64,000 bases of DNA from Mobula hypostoma (GCF_963921235.1 NC_086108.1:19344001-19408000); one strand, 5' to 3'; numbered from the stretch's first letter, positions 23,531-38,380 are shown. The notes: generated by a model not told the origin, from the letters alone. Numbers and translations: made by a program.

Positions 23531-24999
23531 AATGCTTGATTTATATAGTAGAAATGGCAATTAGAAAATCACCAGGGGGCAGTAAAGCACAGACAATGCT
23601 GCAGTTAACTTTGCCACAATGTTATCAAATTGACATTGGACGTGGAAGATAATTCCACAAGGAAGATTTGATGGCAGGGCAGAGGAAGGGTGGTGTGGAA
23701 TTACAGCAAGCTGAAAAATATTTTGCTCTTGCTATTCTGACACAAACTCAAAATTTCAACACTATAATCATCAGCCCACTCAACATGAAAATTTCCATTC
23801 CAATGCTCAGTTTCCACTGAAAAACATCTTGAAGAGCAACTTGTAAAATGTCAATGGCAGTGAAGCAGAACACGAGATGTACTATCTCAACTGCTGATAG
23901 CAACCCAGCAAATTCCCTTCAACATCCAGAGCTTTTACGTGGAGGGAGGCTTCTCTGACAGTGCAGCTCTCAATTGTTGCAATCAGATAGCTTTGTGGAG
24001 CAGGTTCTGTAGCCAGATAGTTAAGATTAGCACTCAGGACCTGTAGTGCACAAGCACAGTGCATTGCATGAGAACATAACTGCAGTGATCTGTTCTTCCT
24101 ACCGATACAGGCTGATGTTCAAGATCACCAACACCAGCTTAAGTGTAGAGATTTTCCAATAACCTCTCTCAACCAAAACTATCAAAGAAACTAATTAATG
24201 ACAATCTTTTGATGATCTCAGCAAATTACTCTTGATGGAATTTACTAATATGATAACTCTCACCACACTTCATACACCTCAGTGGCCTGAGTTTGCACTT
24301 CTCTAACCTCAAAAAAAACAGTCACAGAAAGCTGCCTTTCTTGTGGTGTGGATTTTCCCTTTGCCGATTTCAAAACACTGTTAGGTGTCATTTCTGGAGA
24401 ATCTCTGGCATCCAACAAAAACAAATTGCATGAATTCTCACAGAACGTTAAGACAGGATTTTTGATGAATATATGAAATATTTTACAGAATAATGAAATA
24501 ACTCACATGATTAAGGAAGGAACTGAAATAGGAAATAGCAAAGGTAATAAACTATTTTAGTGAGATGATTCGAGAGAATTACAGTCTGGGGTTAAAATAC
24601 TCTATCTCCCAATGCTCAAGGGTTGCATCAAATTTCCATCTTCATTAACTGTTTAGAGAAGTTTAAAGCTGCATCATTCTGAATTTTCATGTAAGTGGCG
24701 TGAAATATCAACAAATAAGGTAACATGCTAAAGACAGACTTTGCCAGATATAGGTTAAAAATGAGACCAATTGCCTGGACTTCAGGGCATTCATTTTTGG
24801 GAAATTGTCAAATGCTTCTGTTGCCCGGTGGCAAACAATAACAACTCTCAGATGAAGTTTACAGAATGCCCTCAGCTGTGTCTCCAACAACTGAGCTCAG
24901 ACTCCACTCAAAGGAGATTCCCATGCCTGCTCGTTTAGTCTTTTTCTTAATTACCACTGTTGTCATCAAAAAGTCAACTAGCACCAGTATGTCAATTCA

Positions 25000-27250
25000 G
25001 AACAATTTTGCCCAGTAGCTCAGTGGTACCTGGTTCAAGAGTAGCATAATTTTATTTTCATCCATAATTATCCAAAAAGGTGATGGCAAGCTACTTTCTA
25101 CATTCCTACTATCCTTTCTGGTGAAACTACCGTTGGGGAGGGAATTCAAGAATTTGGGCCAAGTAATGATAAAGGAGCAGTGATACATTTTAAAGTCAAG
25201 ATGATGTATTACATGTATTCCTTTACTAGTGTTCCCAGATGCTTAAAAACCTTGGCCTTGTTGGTGGAGTCACAAGCTTGGGAGATGTCTCTGGGTGAGT
25301 ATCAGTAGTTTTGTAGATGGTTCACACTGCAGCCACCATATGCCATGGTGAAGGGAATAAAGGTTTCAAATTGAATAGAGCACAACTTACTCTTGGCTGG
25401 TGTTGAACAATCTGAGTGCTGCTACAATGCACTTAACCAGGCAAGTGAATAGCACTAAATCGCACACCTGCTAAGCACTTTGGAGAGGTTGGAGATTCAG
25501 GAAGCTAGGTACTCACCACAGAATACCCAAATGCTCACCTACCCTTAGAGTCACAATGACTGGCCAGAGTGAATTATCGATAATTAGTCCTAGGTAGAAG
25601 ATTCAGCAACAGCATTGCCATATACCCACCCAATGGAGATGGTCATTCCCAAGTATTTATGCGGTCGGTGTTACTTGTCGGTTATCAGCCAATATCTGAA
25701 TGGTATCTGGATCTTGCTGAACGCAAGAACGGACAGCTTCATTTGCAGGGAGTCACAAATGGAATTCAATATTGTGACGCAAGGAAGTAATTGATTGAGC
25801 AGCAGAACATGATTGAGCTGAGAACCCTGTGGGAGGAACTTATGCAGTGATGTCTTCGGACTGGGATGAAAAACTTTATGTAATCACAATCAACATCGCT
25901 CATGTAAAGCATGACTCCAGTCTTCCAGTCAATGAAGAGGATTTCTCACACTCAGTTCTCAATGTCAAGGGCACTCACTCATTCAGCTCCATGTTTATGC
26001 CAAGGCTGTGATGAGGTGTTTCTATATTCGCCCATTGTTCTTGCAAAGTCCCACACTCAACAGTAGTGAGCAGACAATTGGAGAACAAGAGACATTTGAT
26101 TCCAACATCACGGGAGGTTCGTGGGCCACTGTAAATTGCCCCAGAAGAAGACAAGTTGCAGAATCAGGAGAAGTTGTTAGGAAAATGCATAAAAATAGGA
26201 TTAGTGTATAACAGTGAGACGATCAGTACAGTGGTGCAAATTTCCATTCTGCATAATTCCATGAAACAATTTCAGAGTCAGCATGAAAACAGAACCTTCA
26301 ATTCACTGTTTAGGTCAACAATCAACCAAACACTGACACTATTTCATCTGAATCCCATTTTTTTCTCCCCACAGCTGAGGACACCAACCTTTGCTTTGCT
26401 GATGCTCAAGAGTAGATTAATTAGACAGACCAGTCGATCTAACCTGTCCTGCTTTTTGTGGAGAGGACACAAACGGAACATCTTCTACATTTTTGGTCAG
26501 TACTAGTGTTATCATTGAATTGCACAGTCGTTAGTTCTTGAGAGGCAGGACTTCGATACTGTAGCCAGGATGTTGTGTGGTCCCACAAACTTCATTGTAT
26601 TTAGTGTTCGCAGGAGGAGAAAGCTGGAATGGATGATATATTTAGCACAGAGGCAAAAGTTTCAGCCCTGTCTTTAGCATTCACGTTGGGCTAGCCATCA
26701 CTGAGGATGTAGCTGTTCTTGGAATCATCACATCTTTTCAGAAGTTAATCACCATCAATCACACTGGATGTGGCAGGACGGCAGAGTTTTGATTGTGCCT
26801 ATGGTTGCAAGATCACTTGATTCTTCCCATGCATTGTATGCTGTCTAGTATAATTATCATCCAACATTGCCAATTTCATTAACTTAGTTAGCTCATTTTT
26901 AACCACACTTAGTGGTGCTCTCTTCTGCAGTTTCTGTATTCCTCATTGAACCAAAGCTGAGATTTTGGCTTGATGGTAACAGCTATTGCAAGCCACAAGA
27001 TTATAAATTGTGGAGGTGGTATACATTTCTGTGTCCTTTGATGGTCTATAGCACTCACAGAGCCTTTGTTTTGATATCTTCCACATAATCCCATTTGACA
27101 CAATTAGTGTGCCACATTATACAGTGGACATCAGCCATTGAAGAAAAGACCTGTTCTCCACAGTTCTGTCAAAGGTAAAATGGGGAGGATGAAATCAGGA
27201 AGGGTTTTTTAAAGACCCAGTTCATTCTCGACCTGATACATAAACAATCT
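25000..27250 (-). mobile_element. Ancient, highly degraded LINE with a SINE remnant near 26030-26270
   Basis: Scattered remnants only (K-LNSLPN at the 3' end and LINE-like composition); no ORF. Confidence 0.35.
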
Positions 27251-28799
27251 CGCAGGTACGTCCTTTAGGATGCAGCCAACTCAGTCAGCGACAATGGACA
27301 TAGATGAACAAAAAGAAAATCCCCCAAATCATCCAAACCCCAACCACTTCCACTGGTCCTTCTCACTCAGGGAAGGTTGTGGATGTCAATCAGAAAAAAA
27401 AAACTTTCTTGTCCAAGTTGGACATGCTGCTAGATCTAGCGTCAATATTCCCACCTGCATGGCACCTCTGGTAGAAGTCTTTGTGTGTCTGCAATGGAGG
27501 GGTGGACGAGTTGAGTCCAACGCTTTGTCTACACATACAATTTAAAGTATTCGGGTTGGGTCATGATTGCTCTGTGGGCCAGTCCTCTCAAAAGTTTCCA
27601 AAGAGGACTTTGCAAAGTTGACACGGTTGAGTGATTTTGTCGTATCTAAATTTAATGCCACAGTTTGGATCATTTTCAAAGTAGCAGTTTGGTACATCTA
27701 CTAGGTCACTTCCAAAGGTACTTAAAAGTCAACCACAAACATTGCAAGTTTGGAGTCACAGACAGGCTAGACTGGGTAAGGAGAATAAACATACAAATGA
27801 TAAGAGTGAATAAAATGTTTTTTTGAAAAGAGAATCCAAAAGTTTTGGGGCCACTGCTACTAATGAAAATTTTTTGTTATTCTTTAAGTCACCAGTGAAG
27901 ACTTCCATCCAATAATCTGCAATGTACTTTGGCCTGAATTCCAAGAGAGCACATCAGTCACAAGTGAAGATTGTACACCATTAAATTCGGTCCACATCTC
28001 TCAAGCTATGTTTATCCAACAAAGAATCCAGCTAAGAATTAAGCTGCAAAGGCAATTTGAAAAAGAAACAATGAAGCACTGTTCTGTGTGGCTTATAATA
28101 TGTTCGGGACATGTGCAATTCAACTGCTGTGAAAAGGGGATTACTTTCTAAAACCCTTACTAGATTATTTCCTACCGCATTTTTCATCATTGTCCTCATT
28201 TTTATTTCTAACTTATAAAGCTGTGTGGCATATATAGAACAGGCATCCATTTAGTTCCTGGTATATTACTTTATCACCTTTTCTACTCTGGCCATTCCAC
28301 ACAATTTGCTTTTAAGCTCCTCTTTTCATGTGTCCAGCTGCTCCAAATCTACATGGATTTCTGAGTTTAAGGGAAAAACAAAAGAAAGTCAATTAAAGAT
28401 AATGGCATCAATTTCACTTTGATGTGGAGGAGAACTTTATGACTTACACAACTTTTATCACCTGCTGCTAAGTACTGAAGTGCAACAAAACTTTATTGCT
28501 ACCAATGATAGCAACGATTAAAAATTCCAAGATTATGGAAGTGCAATCAATGTGGGTTGTAAGGTGCAGCATGTTTACGCTCAGTGGAGTATGAAGGACT
28601 ATCAATCAATGGCAATTGTACAATCTTACAGGAGGAAGGCCAATTACTTGCTAGGAACAGAGTAACTCTTCAACTGAGAAGATAAACATCAACATGGGTA
28701 GGTGGAGCAGCCAAATGTAATGAATGTGGCACTTGTCCACTCACCACTAATTATCTCCATGAATTTACTTCTTCACTTTCCTTCACGTGTTCAGTGAAA

Positions 28800-29040
28800 G
28801 AACACTTTTTAGCCAGAGAGCTGTGAATCTGTGGAATGCTCTGCCACAGACTGCGGTGGAGGCCAAGTCCATGGGTATATTTAAGGCGGAAGTTGATCGT
28901 TTCCTGATCGGTCAGGGCAAAAGATATGGCAAGAAGACAGGTGTATGGGGTTAAGTGGAAACCAGAATCAGCCAGGATGGAATGGTGGGGCAGACCTGAT
29001 GGGCTGAATGGCCTAATTCTGCTCCTGTGTCTCATGGTCT
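28800..29040 (+). mobile_element. CR1 3' end
   Basis: FSQRAVNLWNALPQTAVEAKSMGIFKAEVDRFL followed by the typical GATGGGCTGAATGGCCTAATTCTGCTCCT terminus. Confidence 0.85.
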
Positions 29041-30264
29041 AAAGTAGAAGTCCAAAGACATGCTGAATTGTTATCTTCACTACAGGCTAGCATGTGAGTG
29101 TTAACAGGTTGACCATGGGGAAAATGTACTCAAGCTTGAACTCTTCTCAATCATATCGACATGGTTTTCAGCAATAAACCAGGCCAGATATTTACCACCC
29201 AGTGGTTTTGTCAAGTAAATATGGTTAGTTACTGTGAGTGGTCTTTTTCCAGCAGAAGAAAAGTTTCTGTCAGAAGAAAATGTACCAGAATCATGCCTGC
29301 ACTAGGGCATCCCCCATCAGACTTCGAATAAAATGTACAACTATTTCTTTAGTAGTACAAATATGGCAACTCACCAGCAATATTATTTCTACAGACACAT
29401 GAAATTTAGATACATTTTTTGACAAAATCGCCAGTGTTAGTGTGTTACATGATGAACATGGAGTAAAAATGTGGTTAATAAATAGCTCCTCTTATTATTC
29501 TTTCCACCATCTCAGTTTGATCTTAAAAATCACAAATTTTTACTAATTACAAAAAGCAATTACAGTACTTTTACAAACGTAATTTTTTCTTAAAATGGAA
29601 TACAAAGTTGGACAAGTTACAAAGTCCTATTGTCCCACCAACACTCTATGCTGTCATCCCAGCCACTGCCACTTCATCATTCAATAAAATCACAGCTGAT
29701 TTTATGCAATTCCTGAAGCTCATAGCCTTTGCCAAATATCCATCCATTTCAACAATTAACACAAGTCAGAGCATCTGCAACACCTTCCAAACATCTTAAC
29801 CTTCTGCAGAAATTGCTCGTCTCAGTGCAGTGACCACCTTCCTATCCAGAGACTGGAGTTTAATACTCACAAAAATAAAGAAACTCAGCATCCACCTCAG
29901 AAAATCCTTTCCAGAATTTCATCAGGATTCAGTGAGATCATCTTCCATTCTTTCAATAACACAGTCTTTTAACACAGGAAGCAGTCTAACTGCTTCATCC
30001 CCATTATAATTATCAGCTTCTTTGGGTATAAAGATTAAATCAGCACAATGAGTTCAAGAGCAACATTCCCTCCAATTTCTTTTTCAGCTGCACAGATGAA
30101 CCATTGTTCTGAGCAGGAAATATTTTACACAGCCTGAAACTGCACGGCACTTTATATTAACGTTATACAAATGAAAATTCCAACTGCACAGCAACGAAGG
30201 CGATGTGCAAGGGAACATTTCAGTTACTGCTAGGTCACGCACCAGTGCAGCACAGGAGAGCGAT

Positions 30265-30985
30265 AGCATCAAAAACACAACCAGAAACTGGTGAAAATCG
30301 TTAGCACATCAGATGGTGTCTGTGAAGCAGAGTTAGAAATTCAGGTCAATAGCCAGCCAGAAGATGCTATTCCTTAAGTTTATGTTGGGCTCTGTTGGAA
30401 CAATACAAGAAACAGAACGCAAGTTTGAAGCTCAACATGACATCACTAAAAACATCCTGTATCCCTGCACTCCAAATACTCTAAAGGGACAACTCCCCAA
30501 TTCCGTCTCACTCTTCCATCTACCCTTCACATACAGTCACGGCAGATGCAACACCTACACCTTTCCTTCCAAATTCCAGGTAATTCCCTCCAAGTGAAGC
30601 AGTGATCCTCTCAGGATGCTCCCAATTTTATAAAGTGCTTTTAGAACAACTTAGGATGCAGTAATTCTCCATGTTTAAGCAAATATATCGACTGCATGAG
30701 CACTTTGAGGACCATCACTGATGGTTGACCCCCCCCCCATGTGCCTATCATTAAATCACTTTTATCCTTACCCCTGTACGGGTGTCAACTCCATTCCAAC
30801 AAAATGTAATGTAATCTCATCTTCTGACAAAGTAAATTACAACTCTCAGCACTCAAAAATAAATTACACAAGTTCAGATACACAGTTTTACTTGTCTGAA
30901 TCAGGAAAATCATAAATATGCAAAATTAATTCAATTTTTGTCTCCTGATGCCATCCAATCTCCTGAGAATTTCCAGCATCCTTAG
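30265..30985. mobile_element. Very old Penelope remnant with inverted ends
   Basis: The left end resembles the minus-strand UTR end, the middle has remnants of RCNT...FQVKQ, and the right end is TCTCCTGAGAATTTCCAGCATC. Confidence 0.4.
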
Positions 30986-31214
30986 ATTTCTGATTTCTGA
31001 GATCTGAGATTTCTGAGATTCAGATTTCTGAGATCTGTGCAGTTTTGAGTAGCATATCTTTTCCTTTCTTCTTGTTTTTTGTTTCTCACCTTCTTCTTAC
31101 ATCATTTCCAGACAAGTCAACTGCAATCACCCTTCCTCAGCAAGGACCTCAAGCAAATTCCATTTGCTCTTCCTCGTATTTTTCTTTCACTTAAAATGTG
31201 GTTGATATTTAGTC

Positions 31215-31912
31215 CAAGTTTTTCTTAAATGTTAAAAGTGAGCCCGCATTTACCACTTCATCTGGCAGCTCATTCCACACTCCCACCACTCTCTGTGTGA
31301 AGAAGACCCCCTAATGTTCCCTTTAAACTTTTCCCCTTCATCCTTAACCCATGTCCTGTTTTTTTTCTTCCCCTAGCCTCAGTGGAAAAAGTCTACTTGT
31401 ATTCACTGTATCTATACCCATCATAATTTTATATACCTCTATCAAATCTCCCCTCATTCTTCTACGCTCCAGAGAATAAATTCCTAACCTATTCAACCTT
31501 TCTCTGTAACTCAGTTTCTCAAGTCCCGGCAACATCCTTGCAAACCTTCTCTGCACTCTTTCAACCTTATTAATATCCTTCCTGTAATTTGGTGACCAAA
31601 ACTGTACACAATACTCCAAATTTGGCCTCACCAATGCCTTATACAACCTCACCATAACATTCCAACTCTTATACTCAATACTTTGATTTATAAAGGCCAA
31701 TGTACCAAAAGCTCTCTTTACGACCCTGTCTACCTGTGACGCCACTTTTAGGGAATTTTGCATCTGTATTCCCAGATCCCTCTGTTCTACTGCACTCCTC
31801 AGTGCCCTACCATTTACCTTGTATGTTCTACCTTGGTTTGTCCTTCCAAAGTGCAATAGTTCACACTTATCTGTATTAAACTCCATCTGCCATTTTTCAG
31901 CCCATTTTTCTT
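31215..31912 (-). mobile_element. CR1 LINE fragment
   Basis: ORF 31344-31886 (MEFNTDKCELLHFG...RDLG...LEYCVQFWSP...RGDLIEVYK). Confidence 0.92.
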
Positions 31913-32514
31913 AGAATCTTGTACAATTGGAACATTACCCTTACAAACATCTTTGCAGGGTAAACATAATGCTTTCCCAGTTGCTTGCAGTGTTAGTTTT
32001 CAGCACAAACATCCAAGTATAGCAACAAATATCAGCCTAGCTCTTGCACAGAGGTTTCGCTTGCTTTCTCAGGTAATCTAACAGACTGGCCAATAATACT
32101 CATTTCTAATAAACAGATTTATAGATTCCACTTGTGCCCATCAATTCTTCACATTTGATTTGATTAAATAGCTATTCTTTGATTACGTTTAATTCTTTTC
32201 ATTTTAATGAAATGATTCCCTTATTCATTCAGAACTTAGATCAGAGTTAACTAATCAGATCTTGAATTCAGCCAAATTTGCATCTTGCCTCAAATCAAAC
32301 CCAAGATTAGAGTGTAGTAAGCTGAGTGACAGAAAAAACAACTGGAGTTCACATTTCAGAGGGGTTGGTCACTGTATCCCTCATATTTGGGATACCATTC
32401 ACTAACTTCACTGCTAATCCTTGATCTCAGATCCACTTTCCTGCTCCAGCCACAAATCCATCAATTCCCCAAAATATCCAAAGGCTACTAAATGGTGCAA
32501 TATTATAAAAACAT

Positions 32515-32595
32515 TCAAGATCGTTCCCAACCATTTTTACGCCAGGGAGTCTTACCATTAACCGAAGGGTCCATGGGCCCGGGGTGGAAACCCCT
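32515..32595. mobile_element. Small hAT MITE
   Basis: Imperfect TIRs GTTCCCAACC and GGTGGAAACCCCTG. Confidence 0.5.
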
Positions 32596-33980
32596 GGCTG
32601 ATACGTGTCTTCAAAATGCTGAAAGGCTGAAAGGTACTTATATTCAGAAGGATACGACATTTAGCAAATGCTGAAAATCCAAAGTAACACACACAAAATG
32701 CTGGAAGAACTCAGCAGATCAGGCTACATCTATAGAAATGAATAAACTGTTGACACTTCATATTCAGACAGACTTGGTTGTTCCTATACTAAAATCACTG
32801 AACGTTAATGAAGGCATAACAAGCAAATATAAAGACAAACAATATGAAGATGGCCAGCCATACTTTATCCCTCCTCCCCCCCCCCACCTGACTTCACCTA
32901 TCTTCTAGCTTGTACTCCCTTCCCTTCCCTTCCCTCCCCCCCTTCTTCCACCTTCCCCATCTTCCATGTCCTGACCTAGTCACTTAATTTGACTATATCC
33001 TTCTTGAAGCCTCTGAGTCCTTCAATTAATTAATTTGTGGAAATTATATTGGGGAATTAGGAAATGCCAATCGAAAGACGCATATTAATGGTTTCCAGTT
33101 TTAGATATCTATACAAGTTTTTACAGTTTGTTTCATGTTTCTTGCTAGATTATTCATACATTCCATTATCATTTCCCTTATTGATTTCTTGGGCATCACC
33201 AGCCAAAGTCTGAAATTTCCCAGACTGGCTGCTCTTTTTGGCAACGGTACAAGCTTCTTCCTTTAATCTACTGCTATCTTTAGCTTGCCTTGTTCACTTT
33301 ATCAAACTGCTACTGGACACTGGGTATAGCTTAAAGGTCATAATCAGTGCAATGGGAAATGAAATCACCCATCTATACTCTATCACACGAGGTCGGCTGG
33401 AGCCAGTGCACTCTGCTACTATTTTAAATGTGAAACCTAGCACAACTTGAGTTTACAGAGTGCCTTAAATGAAATCAAAGGTCTGGAGATACTTCACAGC
33501 ACAATTTATGAAATGAGGCCACAAGGAAACTCTGCAACAGTTAGGTGAAGAAGCTTCTTCAAGAGATAAGTACAGTAGTAATGGAAGCAATGGAAAACCT
33601 TTGGGTACTAGCATGTTGCAGCATTATAAACCAAGAATATGCAAAAGGACCAAAGAGAAGAAATGCACAGATACCAAAGTTGTAAGACTGCAAATTACAG
33701 AACAGGTTACAGACCAATGGCTTAAAACCAAGAAACAAAGTTAAAGCCAGTGACAATATCCTAAATAAGCTGTACTTATTAACAAGTGTAGTGAATTGAC
33801 TTTAAAAAAAATAGAATCTAATTGTTCAAGGATCAATATATTCTGTTTGAATAATATATTTCAACTATTTTCCACCATGGTAGAAAATCACAATACACAA
33901 TTTGGCTACCTCCCAAGTAACATGTTATAGCAAGTACTGATTTAACAGTTACGAAAATAATATCATAGAATTGTTTAGGT

Positions 33981-35437
33981 TAGGGGTGGCCAACCTTTTA
34001 CATTCCACGCATCAATTTTTTCACGCACGAGTTCAGGTGCGCCATACAACTCTTGTACCCCCATTCGATTCTTGTAAAAATATGTTAATATAGACATATT
34101 CAGCATTTTTACATGACATATTATTTAATATAAAAACTAGATAAACATTACTTACTTCCGTTTTTTGGCCAACGCTAAAGCAATTTCGTAGGACGCTTCT
34201 GTCATCACCAAGCTTACACAACTTCTTTTAACAAATATATTTTGTCTTCATTTGATTTCCTTTTTCTTAATCACATATTCTTTCCGTAACTCAGACCCAA
34301 GCACTAGCTTCAGTTTTCCTTCTATTTCAGTCTGATGTTGTGTTTTATAGTGTCTATTAAGATTATGTCTTCTATTATGTGAGAAAGTGTTTTCACAAAC
34401 GATGCACAACGGTTTTCCTGACGGATCCGCTATAAATAAGAACTAATTTTCCCACTGCTCATTGAATTCACGCTTACTATCACTTTCTGATTTTCTTTTG
34501 CACTGTGATGGGTAACTGTAAAAACAAGGCTTAATTTTTGACAAAGTACAAAACTGCAGATGTTCACAAAGGACGAACAAAGCATAACTCCGTAGCGCAC
34601 AAGCGTCAATTGTAAACTGACTGGCAAAAACCTGCGACACACTGCTGGTGCAGATGCCTGGTACCTCAGGATCAAACAAGTATCTCTCACGGTGGTGTCT
34701 GAAAAGAGGATGCTGTCTAAGTTGCATGCCATCTTGGTCAATGTCTCCCATCCACTACATAATGTACTGGGTGGGCACAGGAGTACATTCAGCCAGAGAC
34801 TCATTCCACCGAGATGCAGTACAGAGCGTCATAGGAAGTCATAACTGCCTGTGGCCATCAAACTTTACAACTCCTCCCTTGGAGGGTCAGACACCCTGAT
34901 CCAATAGGCTGGTCCTGGACTTATTTCATAACTTACTGGCATAATTTACATATTACTATTTAACTATTTATGGTTCTATTACTATTTATTATTTATGGTG
35001 CAACTGTAACAAAAACCAATTTCCCCCGGGATCAATAAAGTATGATGACTACTACTACTACTATCAAATGTGTATTGAACAGTTATGGAACAACTGCAGA
35101 ACAAAAGCCCTTCTTTCCTAGTTTGACTCATTGAACATCTTTAATTGAAAACAGACTAATGTGAAAGAAGGTAACATTCGCCAAAAGATGTGCACGAAAT
35201 AATAAAATCGCTAAAAATAATTGCTAAGTTTTAGATTTATTCTCAGTAAAACCCATTTCTAGCTCTAAGCTACTTGAATTCCTGTTATAGATTTTTTTTT
35301 CTACAAATAGGTTTTCGGTTAATACTTTTCGCATGAGTAGGCTTACTTTTTTATTATTATCACTGGGGTGCAATGCGCCACTTCTAATCATCCAATGCAC
35401 CACTTTTGGCACATGTGCCATAGGTTGGACATCCCCG
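33981..35437 (-). mobile_element. Internally deleted hAT transposon (SPIN/GTF2IRD2-like BED finger), both TIRs present
   Basis: TIRs TAGGGGTGGCCAACC and GGTTGGACATCCCCG; 8-bp TSD GTTTAGGT/GTTTAGAT. The minus strand gives KRKSESDSKREFNEQWEN*FLF...KPLCIVC...HNLNRHYKTQH...ASYEIALALAKKRK. Confidence 0.85.
34683..35062 (+). mobile_element. Rex1/Babar 3' end inserted in the hAT element
   Basis: Near-identical to 21490-21830, with a (CTA)n tail and ATCAAA on both flanks. Confidence 0.85.
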
Positions 35438-38089
35438 GTTTAGATAATCTTGATACAAAACATCAATCATCCATTCCGACAACACTGCAGCTGGAAGGAT
35501 TTTCCATCATTGAATGCCGCAAACATTCTCTTGAAAAGGTAACAGTAATTCTTCAGATGGCCTCCAGAAATGACTTGCGAGAACAGAATAGGGAATGGAT
35601 AGAAGAATTTCAGCTTTCCTTTCAATAGCCTCTGCATAATTAGTACAACTGACCAGAACACCAGTACACAGTACATAGAACAAATGTTCTACACAGCTTA
35701 TGTATGCTCTCAAGAGTTCCTACTTCCAACAGATTCCAACGTATCCATCAACAATTCCCAATTATTCAGAACATGTAATATAGCAAAAACATGCCAAGAT
35801 TTTCCCACAATCACTGTATTAAAATACTTCTCGTCAGCAAATCTTTAAATAATACTAGTATCAATAATAATAACAATTTAAATAATAATAATACTACTAG
35901 TTTACAGCAAAACAACTTTGCAAGTTCTCAAATGACTGGTATCAGAGCCAGGTTTAAGATCACTGGCATATGACCCAAAATTTGTTATGTGCCAGCAGTA
36001 CACTGCAATACATAATAACTATAAACAATAAATATAAATAAAAATTAAATAATTTTTAAATAAGTAGTGATGACCATTAAACACTTGACATTGCAGTGTA
36101 ACAGAGAAGCAGAGAATGCAGTATGAAATTGGTCAAGGTTGCATCACAGTTGGACCAGTACTTGAGCATCCTATAGCAAACCCCAGTCTAAGTTCTGTGC
36201 TGAGGCTACTGATCACACGAGATTGCACTCTTCTCCAGGACTGCCAAAAACCTGGGATAGTGTCTACAATAACTACTTTACCAAGAGAAAGCCTGCTAAA
36301 GCCTAACATGCAAAAGTGCCAAAGAAAGCCAATAAATGGCAGCCAAAAGACAATGAGGACCATGACAATAGAAGCACTAAATGTCTACGACTACAAAGGA
36401 ACTGGAGATCTAGAAGTCTGAATACTACATCAGACTAACACCAGACAGAGAAGGCAGCGATATAGACTCATCACAACCCAGACTATACAAGGTCACAATA
36501 TGTCAAGAATTCCATTTCAGTGGAACAGGTACAACAGGAGATAGTAAAACGATGCGGAACATGAACATAGTTCATCAATAGTCATCTGGAGAACCACACC
36601 CAATTATGACAGCTCTTACAGATCTGGTGCTTCAAGCGAGTAACTGGAAATAGTTAGACAGTGATTTGGATATTTGATTCTTGTTTTTGCCTTTCATTAA
36701 GTCAGGGATGTAACACAAGCACTAAACGTAATATGTCTGAGGGTCATAATTGAATTAGGGTTTCTGATTCTGTGTTGTGACCAACAGTTCGATAAAATAG
36801 CCAGGAAGATCCATTCTAGTGGAAGCAAGCTATTGTTAAGGATACTGTTTGACATGCAAGCCCTTTTCTTCTATGGATCCTTTGTATTACTAACTATTTT
36901 CCAAATGCTTCGATATTCAAATGAGATCAATTCTGAATGAACTTCACATCGAAGGTAGTAAATTTTGCTTGAGACTGTAGAGCTACATAAACATGATTGG
37001 AATATATTGAGGAACCAAAAGGTTTTGCTCAAGAATAAGTACAAAAAAATTCACTCCAACATTCACTTCTTCCTCCACTCTCCAGAATGCACCCCTCCTC
37101 TCTCCCGCCAGCGCCATGCAATTGAAAATGCATATTTTCTGGACTAGAATATCAATTTCACTCCAGAAATTCAACAGAAAATTTTCCTGTATGAATTGAA
37201 CTTGCAAAGCTGGTTCAATTAATTCTCTTATTAGGAACTGGTATTAACTAAATGGGCCAAATGCCCTTCATGACCCAGAACCATTACCAGGAAAGGACAG
37301 TTGGCCTTTGGAGAAACCAGCAGATAACTAAGGATTATGTCTGCTGTTGATTGGTGTTTGATTAAAATGAGACAGTTCCTGAGGAATCTTGACAGGGTTG
37401 AGATGATGTTTCTTCTTGAGGGAGGATCAAATTAGAGTGGCTTTTAAAAATAGGGGTCATGAATTTTGCATAGAAACAATTTTTTTTTTGCACTAAATAT
37501 TGCAAGTCACTGGAATGCTCTTCACCAAAGGCGGCAAAAGCAGACTGAATAATTTTTTTTTAAGAAGCTTGATGCTTTCTGGGTAATAAGCCACAGGAGC
37601 GCAAGGTTGATGTTATAGACAGATTCATTACAATCTTATCAAATGACTGTCAGGGGACAGACTGACACACTTCTGTTCTTAATCTGTAACGAACCTACAT
37701 TTTTGGGCACTCTGAGAACGATGAAGTTTTAACAGAAATGCACCAAACTGGGAGCATACAAGGCAAGTCTCAATATTTAGTACAAATGGAGGATCTCTAT
37801 CCAAAACATTGACTGTCTATCTGTCTGACCTGCTGTCCCTCCAGCATCTGCTGTGTCATGTCCCTCTCAATACTTTCCTCACCCCACCCCTCACACAATT
37901 AAGACATGCAACTCCAACCATCCAAGCTGTCCTGCCATCCTTCAAATCTTGACTGACGTTGAATGCTCCCAACCTCCCACAAACCAGATGGTAACAGGCC
38001 TCTGAATCAAAGTCCGTGCCCTTGCACACGTCTGTGACCTTCACCCCAGGCTCTAACTACTCATTAATGCTCAACTACCCCACATACGT

Positions 38090-38380
38090 GCTTCAGGGAC
38101 AGTACTGCCAGGCAGCTGCTGCATCCCTCAGCTCCAGTGATCCAAGTTCAACCCGGACTTGAGATGTTGTTTGTAAAGAGTCTGCACCCTCTCCCTGTGA
38201 TCACATGGTGGTGGAACAGGAGCTCTGGTTTCTTGCCACAAGACAAAAACAACAGTTAATTGACAACTGCAAATTGCCGATGAAGTTAGATGGAAATGAC
38301 GGGAACGGGTTTAGCCTAAGTGGATGGTTAGTGCAGACACAGTAGCCTGAAGGCTTATTTCTGCCCTGTATGACTCCATG
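38090..38380 (+). mobile_element. HE1/V-SINE-like tRNA SINE
   Basis: CAGCTCCAGTGATCCAAGTTCAACCC head, CTCTCCCTGTGATC...GCTCTGGTTTC core, and a CR1-like tail (GCCTGAAGGCTTATTTCTGCCCTGTATGACTC). Confidence 0.6.

Noticed and set aside
30985..31036. Short tandem GATTTCTGA(GA) repeats
   Set aside because: Local slippage with no unique spacers; not a CRISPR array.
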